A stretch of 31,686 bases of DNA from a virus (lineage: Duplodnaviria; Caudoviricetes): positions 1-31,686 of IMG/VR virus record IMGVR_UViG_3300032233_002001; one strand, 5' to 3'. How positions within the stretch are numbered: the first letter of the stretch is position 1; the number at the start of each line of letters is the position of its first letter. Under the pieces are notes generated by a model. The model was not told the DNA's origin, searched no databases, and worked only from the letters and a program-made list of their open reading frames with translations. The position numbers and the translations under genes were made by a program. Below, one piece after another: positions 1 through 9,464 of this stretch.

Positions 1-326
1 CCTTGTGCCCCTGTAGAACCTGAAGTACCTTGTGCCCCTGTAGAACCTGAAGTACCTTGTGCCCCTTGAGATCCTACAGTTCCTGAAGTACCTTGAGAAC
101 CTGAAGTACCTTGAGAACCTTGTGCTCCTTGAGTTCCTTGAGTTCCTTGAGAACCTGAAGTACCTTGAGAACCTTGTGCTCCTTGAGTTCCTTGAGTTCC
201 TTGAGAACCTGAAGTACCTTGTGCCCCTGTAGAACCTTGAGTTCCTTGACGACCCTGAATACCTTGAGTTCCTTGAGAACCTTGTGCTCCTTGAGTTCCT
301 TGAGTTCCTTGTGTCCCTTGCAGACC
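1..326 (-). repeat. Collagen-like Gly-X-Y coding repeat (GTQ/GSQ/GAQ/GTS), 9-bp period with 27- and 54-bp higher-order units
   Basis: Translation GLQGTQGTQGTQGAQGSQGTQGIQGRQ...; ccttgtgcccctgtagaacctgaagta is tandem at 1-54. Confidence 0.9.
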
Positions 327-1862
327 AGCAGCATATGGAGTAGTCCAACTTACTCCAGTTCCAGTAGAAACTAAAATACTACCAGCAATACCTACATTTC
401 CGTAAAAGTCTTTTAATGTAGAAGTAACACCAACTACTCCACCAACATAAAGCTCTTTTTCAATTCCAACACCACCTTCAACAATTAAAGATCCAGTATT
501 TTTATCTGTAGACGAAGTAGTATCGTTAATGTAAACTGCATCATTAATTTGAGTGGTTCCTGCATTTGAATCTATAATTAGATTTCCCGCATTTGTTGAA
601 ACCGTATTTGTATCTAATTTAATATTATCAAATGTACCTACACCTGTTACATTTAAATTGTTAATAATAACTTGAGAATCAAATGTAGATATGCCAGATA
701 CTTTTAATCTATTTAAAATAGTGGATTCATATACAGTAAGGTCACGAGTTGTAGTCAGCCCAGTAACTTTAAGAGTTCCAATTGTTGCAATTCCAGTTAC
801 ATATAAATCAGTAATATCAACTGCGCCTACAAACTTATTTGCAGTAACTATTCCAGTAAAGTAAGCATTTGTGCCAGTTAGAACTCCAAGAGTAGTAATT
901 CCAGTTACTAAAAGATTTCTTGTAGTAGTTGTTCCAGTAACTCCAAGTGTTGCAATTGTTGCAACTCCAGTTACGTTTAAATTATCAATCTGAGTTTGAC
1001 CAGTAAACTTAGAAGATCCTAAGACATCTAGTAAAACTGTTGGTTTTGTACTTCCAATTCCAACTCTACTGTTTACTTCATCATATACAAAATTTGGAGC
1101 ACCATCAACTAAATCTGCGGAATTATGGAATTGAACAGTTTGATATGCTCCTCCAGCTCCTGATCGTATTGTATTTTGATTTACCCACGTTAACCCACCA
1201 AAATTATTTTTAGCTAAAATTTCTGATGTATTTCCTGGTTGATTCAAATAATCATAAATGGTTCCTGTAAGTCTTAGATCACCCTGAACATGCAATTCTT
1301 GTGTTGGATTTGTAGTTCCAATTCCAACGGAACCAACACCAGTTGTTGTAATTACAGTTCCACCAGATCCTACAATTAATCTATCTCCAGCAGATAATCT
1401 TCCGATTGAAGTATCAAATCTTAATTTTGTATTTGTTGAAAAATCATTAGCAGTATTAAATAGTAATTCTCCATCGTTTCCTGGAGAAAATACAGTAATT
1501 GTAACTCCAATTCCAGGAGGAGGTCCAGCCTTACCTTCTGCTTTTATTGCAGCACCTTTGAATATTAATTGTGTAGTACTACTTAATCCACCAACAAGAG
1601 TTGTTTCATCAAAAACACTAATAGATCCAGGTATCAATCCACCTTGATTCGGAATCCAAAATCTCTCTCCAGGATATCCTTCTACACCAACAACAATATA
1701 TTGATTTCCAGGCTTAATTGGCTTTGCTCCAGTTGATGAAGGTCCAATTATAGGATCACCCAAATCAGGTTCTGCTTGACCTAAGCCTAAGTAGCTATAT
1801 CTAGCAGAGGTAAGTCCAGATAAAGGAGTTCTTTTTACTCTATTACTTAAATACTTTGGCAT
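1..1862 (-). CDS. Virion structural/tail fibre protein with collagen-like region (3' end beyond window)
   Basis: Missing from the ORF track because there is no stop in the window. ATG at 1862 (MPKYLSNRVKRTPL...), open through GSVGIGTTNP, RVGIGSTKP and VTGIATIG fibre motifs, in frame with Gly-X-Y triplets from 326 to the window edge. Confidence 0.85.
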   Translation of the reverse strand, partial: MPKYLSNRVKRTPLSGLTSARYSYLGLGQAEPDLGDPIIGPSSTGAKPIKPGNQYIVVGVEGYPGERFWIPNQGGLIPGSISVFDETTLVGGLSSTTQLIFKGAAIKAEGKAGPPPGIGVTITVFSPGNDGELLFNTANDFSTNTKLRFDTSIGRLSAGDRLIVGSGGTVITTTGVGSVGIGTTNPTQELHVQGDLRLTGTIYDYLNQPGNTSEILAKNNFGGLTWVNQNTIRSGAGGAYQTVQFHNSADLVDGAPNFVYDEVNSRVGIGSTKPTVLLDVLGSSKFTGQTQIDNLNVTGVATIATLGVTGTTTTRNLLVTGITTLGVLTGTNAYFTGIVTANKFVGAVDITDLYVTGIATIGTLKVTGLTTTRDLTVYESTILNRLKVSGISTFDSQVIINNLNVTGVGTFDNIKLDTNTVSTNAGNLIIDSNAGTTQINDAVYINDTTSSTDKNTGSLIVEGGVGIEKELYVGGVVGVTSTLKDFYGNVGIAGSILVSTGTGVSWTTPYAAGLQGTQGTQGTQGAQGSQGTQGIQGRQGTQGSTGAQGTSGSQGTQGTQGAQGSQGTSGSQGTQGTQGAQGSQGTSGSQGTSGTVGSQGAQGTSGSTGAQGTSGSTGAQ

Positions 1863-1867
1863 AATAA

Positions 1868-2536
1868 TTATGATATGTTAGATTCTAGAATACTGCAAAT
1901 AAACTCCATTTGTAGTGGTGCAACCAAACCACCAGATACATAAGTGTGAGCAATTCCAGTAACCGTTCCAGAATTAGTTACAAAAGTTTTGGATGTTCCT
2001 ACAGCGCCAATAATGCTCGTAACCGTAAAAGATTGTTGAGGTGATGGAAAAATTGAAGTTGTAAGGCCATAAGATCCACTACAAGTAAATGCTAAACCAC
2101 TCATCGTAACTTCATCACCTACATTAAAATTGTGAGCAGTTGAAGTTGTAACTGTAGTTACTCCTGTGCTGTTGGTATAAGAACAAGTAGAAACTGATAC
2201 TACTCCAGACTGTGTACCTTCTATTACAATCGAATCTGTAATTACTGCAGTTCTTTCTAAAACTAATCGCCCATCAATAATAATTAAAGAATCATTTGGC
2301 GGAACTTCTGCCTTTTTAATAACTCTTATATTTCTAGTATTTCCCGCTGTCCTTGATGAAGTACTTTTTCTTCTATGTGTAAAAGTAACTGTAGGATAGG
2401 TATTTACTCCAACATTTGCAACTTGAGCATAAAGAACAATTGCAGAAACTCCAGTAGGAGTTGTATAAACTGTTTGTTCTCCAGGTGCAACAGGAACTGC
2501 AATTGTGAGAAACTTATTAAGTGGAGCGACTGCCAT
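1868..2536 (-). CDS. Putative virion structural protein (222 aa)
   Basis: Beta-rich; TVTTSTAHNFNVGDEVTMSG motif typical of cyanomyovirus structural proteins; tightly packed in the late operon. Confidence 0.65.
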   Translation of the reverse strand: MAVAPLNKFLTIAVPVAPGEQTVYTTPTGVSAIVLYAQVANVGVNTYPTVTFTHRRKSTSSRTAGNTRNIRVIKKAEVPPNDSLIIIDGRLVLERTAVITDSIVIEGTQSGVVSVSTCSYTNSTGVTTVTTSTAHNFNVGDEVTMSGLAFTCSGSYGLTTSIFPSPQQSFTVTSIIGAVGTSKTFVTNSGTVTGIAHTYVSGGLVAPLQMEFICSILESNIS

Positions 2537-2539
2537 ATT

Positions 2540-4840
2540 TTATCTCAACGCAAGTATGAGTGGTGTGACTTCTGCTTGTATAGCTTTACTAAAATCCCTT
2601 CCACGAATAGTTGCTGTAGGTTGGTTAATTTGAAAACCTTCACCAATATCAAAATTACCCTTTTGATCTGTACTAGTAAATGGAACTTGCGCTCCTTCTA
2701 ATGCAACTATTTCGTTGGCTTTAATTGGAACAGCACCTTGGAAAGGTGTGCAGTTATTTATACTGGTTCCTGTACCTATGTATTCAAATGAATGAGAACT
2801 TGTAAGAATACGACTAATTCTCTTTAAAGATACAGCTTCATCTCCAAATAATTCATAAGGAATGAATTCATTAAATGTAATTGTAGTTATTCCAGTATTT
2901 GTTTGTGCAGTTGCAGAATCTACAGTATAATAAATCGGAGCAGTAATGACTTCTGCTGCTGCACCACCACCATCAATAAAAACTTCTAGATTTTGTGTGG
3001 GCAGATAATTTCTTCCACTATTAACAACATCAATTGCTATCATTTTACCATCAATATCTATAGTTGGACTTACTTGAGCAATAATTCCCTGTGGCCCCTT
3101 TGGTTGTTGAGATTGATCATTTGCATCACGAATAATTACTGTTGGTGGATTGGCCGCACTATATCCAGATCCTTGATTTGTAACTTTAATTGAATCAACT
3201 CTTCTCAAAGGTTCTTGTATAGTTGTGAATGGATCTGCATCTGGATATCTTGATCTGCTAACATTACTTATTTTAAAGAAAAGTGCTTGTCCATCATAAG
3301 GTCTTCTTGTATTATTATAGACATCTCTCATATTTGTAAATGTAACTTTATCACTATTTGCATCAACTCCAGGTTGAGTTCTGTCTGGAGGATAAGTTCC
3401 TACAGTAGCAGTAAATTCTGTGGAACCCAAACCTACTGCATATAAACCATAATTTCCAAAAGAGGAGTTTGAGTTTGTAAGATCACAAGAACCTCCAGTA
3501 TCACAATAAATTCCAATATGAGAATTAATTGTGAAAATAGAAACCAACTGAGCATAACCATTATTAGTAATTGAAACTCCAATTCCGTTTTCGTTGTATT
3601 GAGTAAATGAGTCACACACCATACATTTCAAATTATTACCAATATTGTTTATTACATCTGTTACACTCGCATGATCTCCGTTGATCTTCATTCCAATACT
3701 ACCAGTCATGAAGTTCGTACAGTTTCTTATGTATGGACTTCTCCATCTACCACTAGGGCCTTCAAGTGCTGGACCAGCCGCAATATATCCAGTATTTGCA
3801 AAGTCTCCAGAATTTATTGGAGGAAAAGCTACTGCTCCACAACCAGTGTGGGCAATTGCAACACTAGTTCCAGCGAAGTTTATATTTTCAATTAAACATC
3901 CTCTTCTTACATGAAATACATCCTTTGTTACATTAATTGGAGTGATTGTGACTAATCTTAAATCTTGTCCAGTGACTGTAATATCAGTGCGAAGTCCAAT
4001 TGGATTATTCTCAAGATAAACTCCTGGTCTTATTACAATTGTATCTCCAGGTTCTGCAATTAAAGCAGCAGCACCAACAGTTGCTTTTGCGTCCCCTTCT
4101 AAGAAACCAGTATTTGAATCATTACCGTCTTTAGTCACCCAAATCGTATTTTGAGTTTGAACTCCAGGAGGTCTCCAAGATACTCCAGTACCTACAGATG
4201 ATAATCTATAATCAAACTTTCCAGTGGCAGTGCTATTATTTACATCAATTAAAGATGAATCAAGTTCTAAAGTTCCGTGTAGAACTGTATTTCCATCAAC
4301 ATCTAGCGTGCTATTAAGTGTAGTAGCACCATCAACATCTAGAGTGCTATTAAGTGTAGTAGCACCATCAACATCTAGCGTGCTATTAAGTGTAGTAGCA
4401 CCATCAACATCTAATGTATTATTAAGAGTTGTGGCTCCATCAACATCTAGAGTGCTATTAAGTGTAGTAGCACCATCAACATCTAAGGTTGCGTTAAGAG
4501 TAGTATCACCATCAACATTTAATTTTGCATCAAAATCAACATCACCTGTAGCATGAACTGTTCCAGTAATATCCAAAGTTGCAGTTGGATTATTATTTTG
4601 AATTCCAACCTTTGTCATTCTATAGATTGGAGCACTACTCCCACTTCCAACAAATCCCCATAAATCCCGAGTTTGTATATCTGCAATCCAATTTGGATTA
4701 TCCGGATTTACAACAGGTATTAAAGTATCTGTTCCTATACCAAGACTGTTTAATTGTTTAAAATTAAGTGCAGCAAATGCTTGCGCTAAATCATTAGTTG
4801 GAACGAATACACCTTGGTCTTGAACATAGAATCTAGTCAT
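2540..4840 (-). CDS. Tail fibre/baseplate-associated structural protein with 12-aa repeats and a pectin-lyase-like beta-helix (766 aa)
   Basis: IWVTKDGNDSN...GDTIVIRPGVYLE beta-helix start; VTNQGSGYS motifs; perfect late promoter upstream. Confidence 0.7.
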   Translation of the reverse strand: MTRFYVQDQGVFVPTNDLAQAFAALNFKQLNSLGIGTDTLIPVVNPDNPNWIADIQTRDLWGFVGSGSSAPIYRMTKVGIQNNNPTATLDITGTVHATGDVDFDAKLNVDGDTTLNATLDVDGATTLNSTLDVDGATTLNNTLDVDGATTLNSTLDVDGATTLNSTLDVDGATTLNSTLDVDGNTVLHGTLELDSSLIDVNNSTATGKFDYRLSSVGTGVSWRPPGVQTQNTIWVTKDGNDSNTGFLEGDAKATVGAAALIAEPGDTIVIRPGVYLENNPIGLRTDITVTGQDLRLVTITPINVTKDVFHVRRGCLIENINFAGTSVAIAHTGCGAVAFPPINSGDFANTGYIAAGPALEGPSGRWRSPYIRNCTNFMTGSIGMKINGDHASVTDVINNIGNNLKCMVCDSFTQYNENGIGVSITNNGYAQLVSIFTINSHIGIYCDTGGSCDLTNSNSSFGNYGLYAVGLGSTEFTATVGTYPPDRTQPGVDANSDKVTFTNMRDVYNNTRRPYDGQALFFKISNVSRSRYPDADPFTTIQEPLRRVDSIKVTNQGSGYSAANPPTVIIRDANDQSQQPKGPQGIIAQVSPTIDIDGKMIAIDVVNSGRNYLPTQNLEVFIDGGGAAAEVITAPIYYTVDSATAQTNTGITTITFNEFIPYELFGDEAVSLKRISRILTSSHSFEYIGTGTSINNCTPFQGAVPIKANEIVALEGAQVPFTSTDQKGNFDIGEGFQINQPTATIRGRDFSKAIQAEVTPLILALR
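4283..4498 (-). repeat. Six tandem 36-bp repeats encoding LNSTLDVDGATT
   Basis: Directly visible; a degenerate seventh unit (FDAKLNVDGDTT) lies at 4499-4534. Confidence 0.95.
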
Positions 4841-4862
4841 TCTACTACTTTTATTTTAGAAA

Positions 4863-4870
4863 TATTTATA
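4863..4870 (-). promoter_or_regulatory. T4-type late promoter TATAAATA
   Basis: Perfect gp55 consensus 22 nt upstream of the ATG at 4840. Confidence 0.8.
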
Positions 4871-4879
4871 GTTAAATTA

Positions 4880-5575
4880 TTATCCTGGATAAAGTGGAAC
4901 CATTTCATCAAGAACAAAAATACCATCTGTAGCAATTCCAGGAAAATCTGGTCTACTTTCTGCAACTAGCGGCAACCAACGAAGGCCAGTTTGATCTCTC
5001 ACCATAAAATATCCGTTTTTTCCAGGAACATTTGTAGAATCGTAAATTGTTACATCAATTTTTACACTTCCAGCTACATCTACTCTTTGTTGAGGGTTGA
5101 CACTTCCTATACCAATTCGTTCACTTACAATTTCAGTTCCAATTATATCAACAGTTTGTCTTGGAGTTGTAGTACCAACACCAACTCTTCCAGTTGCATT
5201 ATCAGCAGTAAGAGTTGTTCCTCCACACCCAACATTTAATCTATCTCTAGCAGTAATGATACCAGCATTTAAATTTCCATCAATATAAACATTATCATAA
5301 AAACTTGCTGGTCCAAAAAATGTTGATGTTCCAACAACTACTAGGTTATTGGCAATAAATTGATCAATTTTTACAGCATTAAAATTTAATTTACCATGAA
5401 CTGTTATGTCCTGATAAAAAATAACGTTATTATTAAAATGGGACTCTAAGCTGTAGAATTGACTATCTGGTGATGGATCTCTGTATAATGACTGAGGAGA
5501 AGCATTAACAATTTCTAATATGTCATTCAGTAAAGCTTCTCTGTCATTTTTTTTACATGTGCTAATTTCTGACAT
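4880..5575 (-). CDS. Putative virion structural protein (231 aa)
   Basis: RVGVGTTTP and RIGIGSVNP fibre motifs shared with the 1-1862 protein. Confidence 0.65.
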   Translation of the reverse strand: MSEISTCKKNDREALLNDILEIVNASPQSLYRDPSPDSQFYSLESHFNNNVIFYQDITVHGKLNFNAVKIDQFIANNLVVVGTSTFFGPASFYDNVYIDGNLNAGIITARDRLNVGCGGTTLTADNATGRVGVGTTTPRQTVDIIGTEIVSERIGIGSVNPQQRVDVAGSVKIDVTIYDSTNVPGKNGYFMVRDQTGLRWLPLVAESRPDFPGIATDGIFVLDEMVPLYPG

Positions 5576-5584
5576 GAGCTATAA

Positions 5585-6166
5585 TTATAATACCTTATTT
5601 AAAACCACGCCAGCAATACCAGTCAATAATGAATTTCTTTGTAAAATATCAGCAACAAGATCTAAACCAATATAACTACCTTCAAAAACATTCTGTAAAA
5701 ATCCCTGGCCCAATTCATCCATAAGACTTCCAAGAGGAGCAGAGACATCAATTTGATTTCCTTGAATTAATGTTCTACCAGAACCACTGTTTATATTGAC
5801 AGTTCTTCCCGCTTTCAAATGTATGTCTTCATCTGCTTCAAGCATAATAGAAGTACCACGAATTCTAACCATTCCATTTGCGGTAATTGAAACATTACCA
5901 TTTTTTCCAATAATAACTACATCTTCATCTTTTTTAGTATTATCTGTTCCGCCACATATTGTAATAGTTCTATCATTATAAAGTTCAAAAGACCCACTAC
6001 TACTTAGAGAAATTGATGACTGAGTTTCTCCATCATCAGTCACTCCATATATTTTATATACATCAACACCACTTCTGCCCATTTGAGGATTTGCAGTATC
6101 AATTCTAAAATTAGGATTGAAACTAATTAATTGTCTTTTATATACGTTTTTATTTCTTTCTGCCAT
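5585..6166 (-). CDS. gp5 C-terminal-like beta-helix/spike protein (193 aa)
   Basis: Short beta-strand repeats (GNVSITANGMVRIRGTSIMLEADEDIHLKAGRTVNI) directly downstream of gp5. Confidence 0.6.
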   Translation of the reverse strand: MAERNKNVYKRQLISFNPNFRIDTANPQMGRSGVDVYKIYGVTDDGETQSSISLSSSGSFELYNDRTITICGGTDNTKKDEDVVIIGKNGNVSITANGMVRIRGTSIMLEADEDIHLKAGRTVNINSGSGRTLIQGNQIDVSAPLGSLMDELGQGFLQNVFEGSYIGLDLVADILQRNSLLTGIAGVVLNKVL

Positions 6167-6167
6167 T

Positions 6168-8111
6168 TTAGATTGGGCAATCGATTAATGTTTTAACTTC
6201 TCCAGTAAATTCTGAAGTTCCTACTAGTCCTAATATTGGACGAAGAACGGCTCCAGTTCCAGAATCTGATTGTACTGTCAACACTGGAAGAGAATCTACA
6301 ACACTATTTAGAGAAGATTGAGGAGTAACTTTGGTTATTTTTCCATTAAAAATTTGAATATCATATTGATTTCCCCGATTATCTGTAACTGTTGTATCAT
6401 TTTCATCGTATTGATTTCCTCCATTATCAACAATAACATCTACTATTGAATATTCCTCGATATTTCCAACCGAATAATTCTCTCCTTCGGATACAAAATA
6501 AATTGCAGTAAGTTCACCACTTTCATTAATTATAGATCTTCCAATAGCACCATATCCTTGATCATTATCATCAACAACTTCAACAAATGGTGGAAAAGTA
6601 TAACCAGAACCAGGATTTGTAATTTGAGCCCCTATTACGCTTGCAGTAAGATTGCCCTTTGAATTTGTGGTTATATTGCCAAAAATAGGAACTGCCTTTG
6701 CACCTTTACCAACTCCTCCAAATATATTGATAGTAGGAGGACTTGCTATCTGTAGCGCACCAGAAAAGCAATTTAAAACTGACTTTGGATCTACTCCAGA
6801 ATTTATAATATTAGCAACATCTTGTATATTTTTAAAAGTATTTCCTCCATCAAATGCAGCATAACCTCCAATTAGCCACTGATTTACCATTCCAGTATAA
6901 TCAGTAAGACTTTGATTACAGCCAAAGGAAGCTCCTGCAGCACTTGAGAGACCATCAATAATAGATCTCATTAAATTTCCGGGATTAAAATCTGAAAAGA
7001 ATTGAAGTAAATTTGAAACAGCTCCTAAAGGCCCATCAAGTAAAGACTCCAAAGTTCCTATAACTGAATTCAAAAGAGAACCTACAAATTGGTCTGCAGC
7101 ACATCCAACAAATCTATCTACACTATCAACTACAGATGTAATAATATTCACAACTTGATCTTTAAGAAGATCAATCACTTTACCCATAATACACTGGAAT
7201 GAATCTTCAAGCAATTTCACAGGTATAACCATAGCTTCTTGTGCTGCCACTCCAGCAAGATGAGCAGCAACTGGATTTCCCGTGGCAGCAAGAACTTGAG
7301 CATAAACAAGTTTATATAATAGTTTTAATCCCTCTTTGAGTAAACTTTTTAATTGAACTATAAGACCATTCATTAATGAACCAACAAACTCATTACAAAT
7401 AGAGACAATTTTATCAGCAGCATCAGATATGAATTGTCGTATTTTTTGAACTTCTCCAGCAATTCTTTTTATCTTATTCAGCAAACCAGTTACAACAGAT
7501 TTAATCGCAGCAATTTTAGTATTCTGAACTGTGTTTGCTAAAGGAACGGTGTCTCCAATTGCTTCATTAATTGAAATAACTTTAAATCCAACCTCTTGAG
7601 ATAATTGTTGTGCTTGTTCTGGAGAAATATTTTGTGGGGATGGTTGAGAATTTTGTTTAACCTCATTAGTTTCACTTGGAGTCAACTTACTGTCCTTATT
7701 CACTAAAGAAGAATATCCAGTAAATGCCTCAAATGGCGATCTATAAGTTGTAGATGGAACTTGATCAGTTCTACCAAAAGTTGCTAGAATAACAGGTATT
7801 TGAGCATTATCTCCATCTAGAAAAAATCCAAGGACTATATCTCCAGGTTGCAATTGAACTCCAGTGGCGCAATTTGCCGCACCACTTCCAGAGGTCGTTG
7901 GAATTAAAACCTGCGCCCAAGGCAAATCCTCATTTGGCAATTCTACTTGACTATAGGGATGATAGCCAAGAATACGAACCTTAAATCTATTTCCCCATCC
8001 ACCACCTTCAACCTGCTTTCCCATCGTGGTGACAGGAGGAATCTGTCCTATCCACCAACGAAAACCATCTCTTCCTATAAAATGACTTTGAAGTAATGAC
8101 TGATCTAACAT
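6168..8111 (-). CDS. gp5: Baseplate hub subunit gp5 (N-terminal OB domain; no lysozyme domain seen)
   Basis: FIGRDGFRWWIGQI...RFKVRILGYH...LPWA...GDIVLGFFLDGDNAQIPVI, the gp5 OB-fold signature. Confidence 0.85.
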   Translation of the reverse strand: MLDQSLLQSHFIGRDGFRWWIGQIPPVTTMGKQVEGGGWGNRFKVRILGYHPYSQVELPNEDLPWAQVLIPTTSGSGAANCATGVQLQPGDIVLGFFLDGDNAQIPVILATFGRTDQVPSTTYRSPFEAFTGYSSLVNKDSKLTPSETNEVKQNSQPSPQNISPEQAQQLSQEVGFKVISINEAIGDTVPLANTVQNTKIAAIKSVVTGLLNKIKRIAGEVQKIRQFISDAADKIVSICNEFVGSLMNGLIVQLKSLLKEGLKLLYKLVYAQVLAATGNPVAAHLAGVAAQEAMVIPVKLLEDSFQCIMGKVIDLLKDQVVNIITSVVDSVDRFVGCAADQFVGSLLNSVIGTLESLLDGPLGAVSNLLQFFSDFNPGNLMRSIIDGLSSAAGASFGCNQSLTDYTGMVNQWLIGGYAAFDGGNTFKNIQDVANIINSGVDPKSVLNCFSGALQIASPPTINIFGGVGKGAKAVPIFGNITTNSKGNLTASVIGAQITNPGSGYTFPPFVEVVDDNDQGYGAIGRSIINESGELTAIYFVSEGENYSVGNIEEYSIVDVIVDNGGNQYDENDTTVTDNRGNQYDIQIFNGKITKVTPQSSLNSVVDSLPVLTVQSDSGTGAVLRPILGLVGTSEFTGEVKTLIDCPI

Positions 8112-8114
8112 ATA

Positions 8115-9464
8115 TTATGCCTTTGTATTAATTCCAAATGTATCTCTGATTAATTTTATAGAAGTATATGAACGATTTGCATCAAAATGATGACACAGTT
8201 CTTTAATCATATATAGTCCACTTGTTTCTGTGTCAAATTCTTTCTCTTTAGATTGTTCAACTTTAGGAAATCTACACTCAATTACATCACCAGCTCTCAG
8301 ATTAGTATTTACGGCTACAATAATATTCATAGTTTGAGTAAAAAGAATATTATATCTCATTAAGGTTTGAGATTGATAATCACTTTGATTTGAATTTATT
8401 TCTTTTGACGCATCCTGTTCCATCGTTCCAACGTCATAAATCGCAGTAATCATACGAGTTGGAACATCTCCTAAAGTTTTATCAGATCCTTCAGATAATG
8501 GAGGTAGCTTAAGCTGACTGCCAAGATTTTCTGCCTTTCCAACATAATCCTTAAGTTTAAATAATCCTTCCTCAGGATTTGAGAATTTAAAGTCTAAAGG
8601 ATTGAAGAACATTCTATGACTACAGTAAGTTCCTAATCTTAGCTTTTCAACCAAATTTTGATTCTTCTCAACGTGATAATTCAAAATCTTAAAGTCATTA
8701 TTAACTTTCTTATCCTCTTCATCATAAGCAGTCATAGACTGATTGTAAGTGTAAATTACTTTATTTCCATTTACATCTGTTCTTGGAGGTTGTGTAATTA
8801 ATGAATCAACCGATCTAAATTGAAATCCATCCTGTGTTTGATAGAATAGAAATCCTGCAGTTCCTTTTCCAGAACTTTCAGGAACTGCTTTTGATGCCAA
8901 CCAAACTAAAATCGTAAACGGTTTTCTTAGATTTCCAATAAATCCATATTTGTTAGAGGACTTATCAATTGTTCCAATTTTTGTTGTTTTTAAATAATTC
9001 TTTAAAATATCATCAACTGAATCACTAATTTTAAAACTTGTTGGATATTTTCTACCTACACGCGAAGTTTCATTAGAAATTGCTTCTCTGGAAACTAAAT
9101 TAAGAGTAAAGCTTTCCTGATTTGTTTCTGAAATTACATCAGTAATACTTGAAACATACATATAGTCTTCTACTCTTTTTGAAAAATCCAATCCGGGATT
9201 AGTTGTAGAATTTCCAGCAATTTTTACAGAAACTCTTTCTCCACCTCGGAGTGGAAGACCATTATAAATGGACTGTCTTCCTGTTCCACCTTCTGCAACA
9301 ATTGCATTTCCTGTAGTTATAACTTTAATTTTTGCAGTAATTGATGGCGAAAAGATATCTTCATAGTAATCAAAGGAAATCGCTCCAGTTGAAATATCAA
9401 TTGTTCTGGAACGATCATTTGATTCTAAGATTAGCTCTTCATATATGGATTTTGTAATTGACAT
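8115..9464 (-). CDS. Probable baseplate hub protein (gp27/late-control-D-like)
   Basis: YYEDIFSPSITA, FLFYQTQDGFQFRSVD and SGLYMIKELCHHF motifs; sits upstream of gp5. Confidence 0.6.
   Translation of the reverse strand: MSITKSIYEELILESNDRSRTIDISTGAISFDYYEDIFSPSITAKIKVITTGNAIVAEGGTGRQSIYNGLPLRGGERVSVKIAGNSTTNPGLDFSKRVEDYMYVSSITDVISETNQESFTLNLVSREAISNETSRVGRKYPTSFKISDSVDDILKNYLKTTKIGTIDKSSNKYGFIGNLRKPFTILVWLASKAVPESSGKGTAGFLFYQTQDGFQFRSVDSLITQPPRTDVNGNKVIYTYNQSMTAYDEEDKKVNNDFKILNYHVEKNQNLVEKLRLGTYCSHRMFFNPLDFKFSNPEEGLFKLKDYVGKAENLGSQLKLPPLSEGSDKTLGDVPTRMITAIYDVGTMEQDASKEINSNQSDYQSQTLMRYNILFTQTMNIIVAVNTNLRAGDVIECRFPKVEQSKEKEFDTETSGLYMIKELCHHFDANRSYTSIKLIRDTFGINTKA

Noticed and set aside
74-334. 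86-aa Lys/Leu/Glu-repeat ORF in the track
   Set aside because: It is an alternative-frame shadow of the collagen repeat; the real frame is the 1-1862 gene.
4224-4556. Plus-strand 110-aa repeat ORF, and a CRISPR-like look of the 36-bp array
   Set aside because: It is the antisense of the coding repeat; units are contiguous with no unique spacers.
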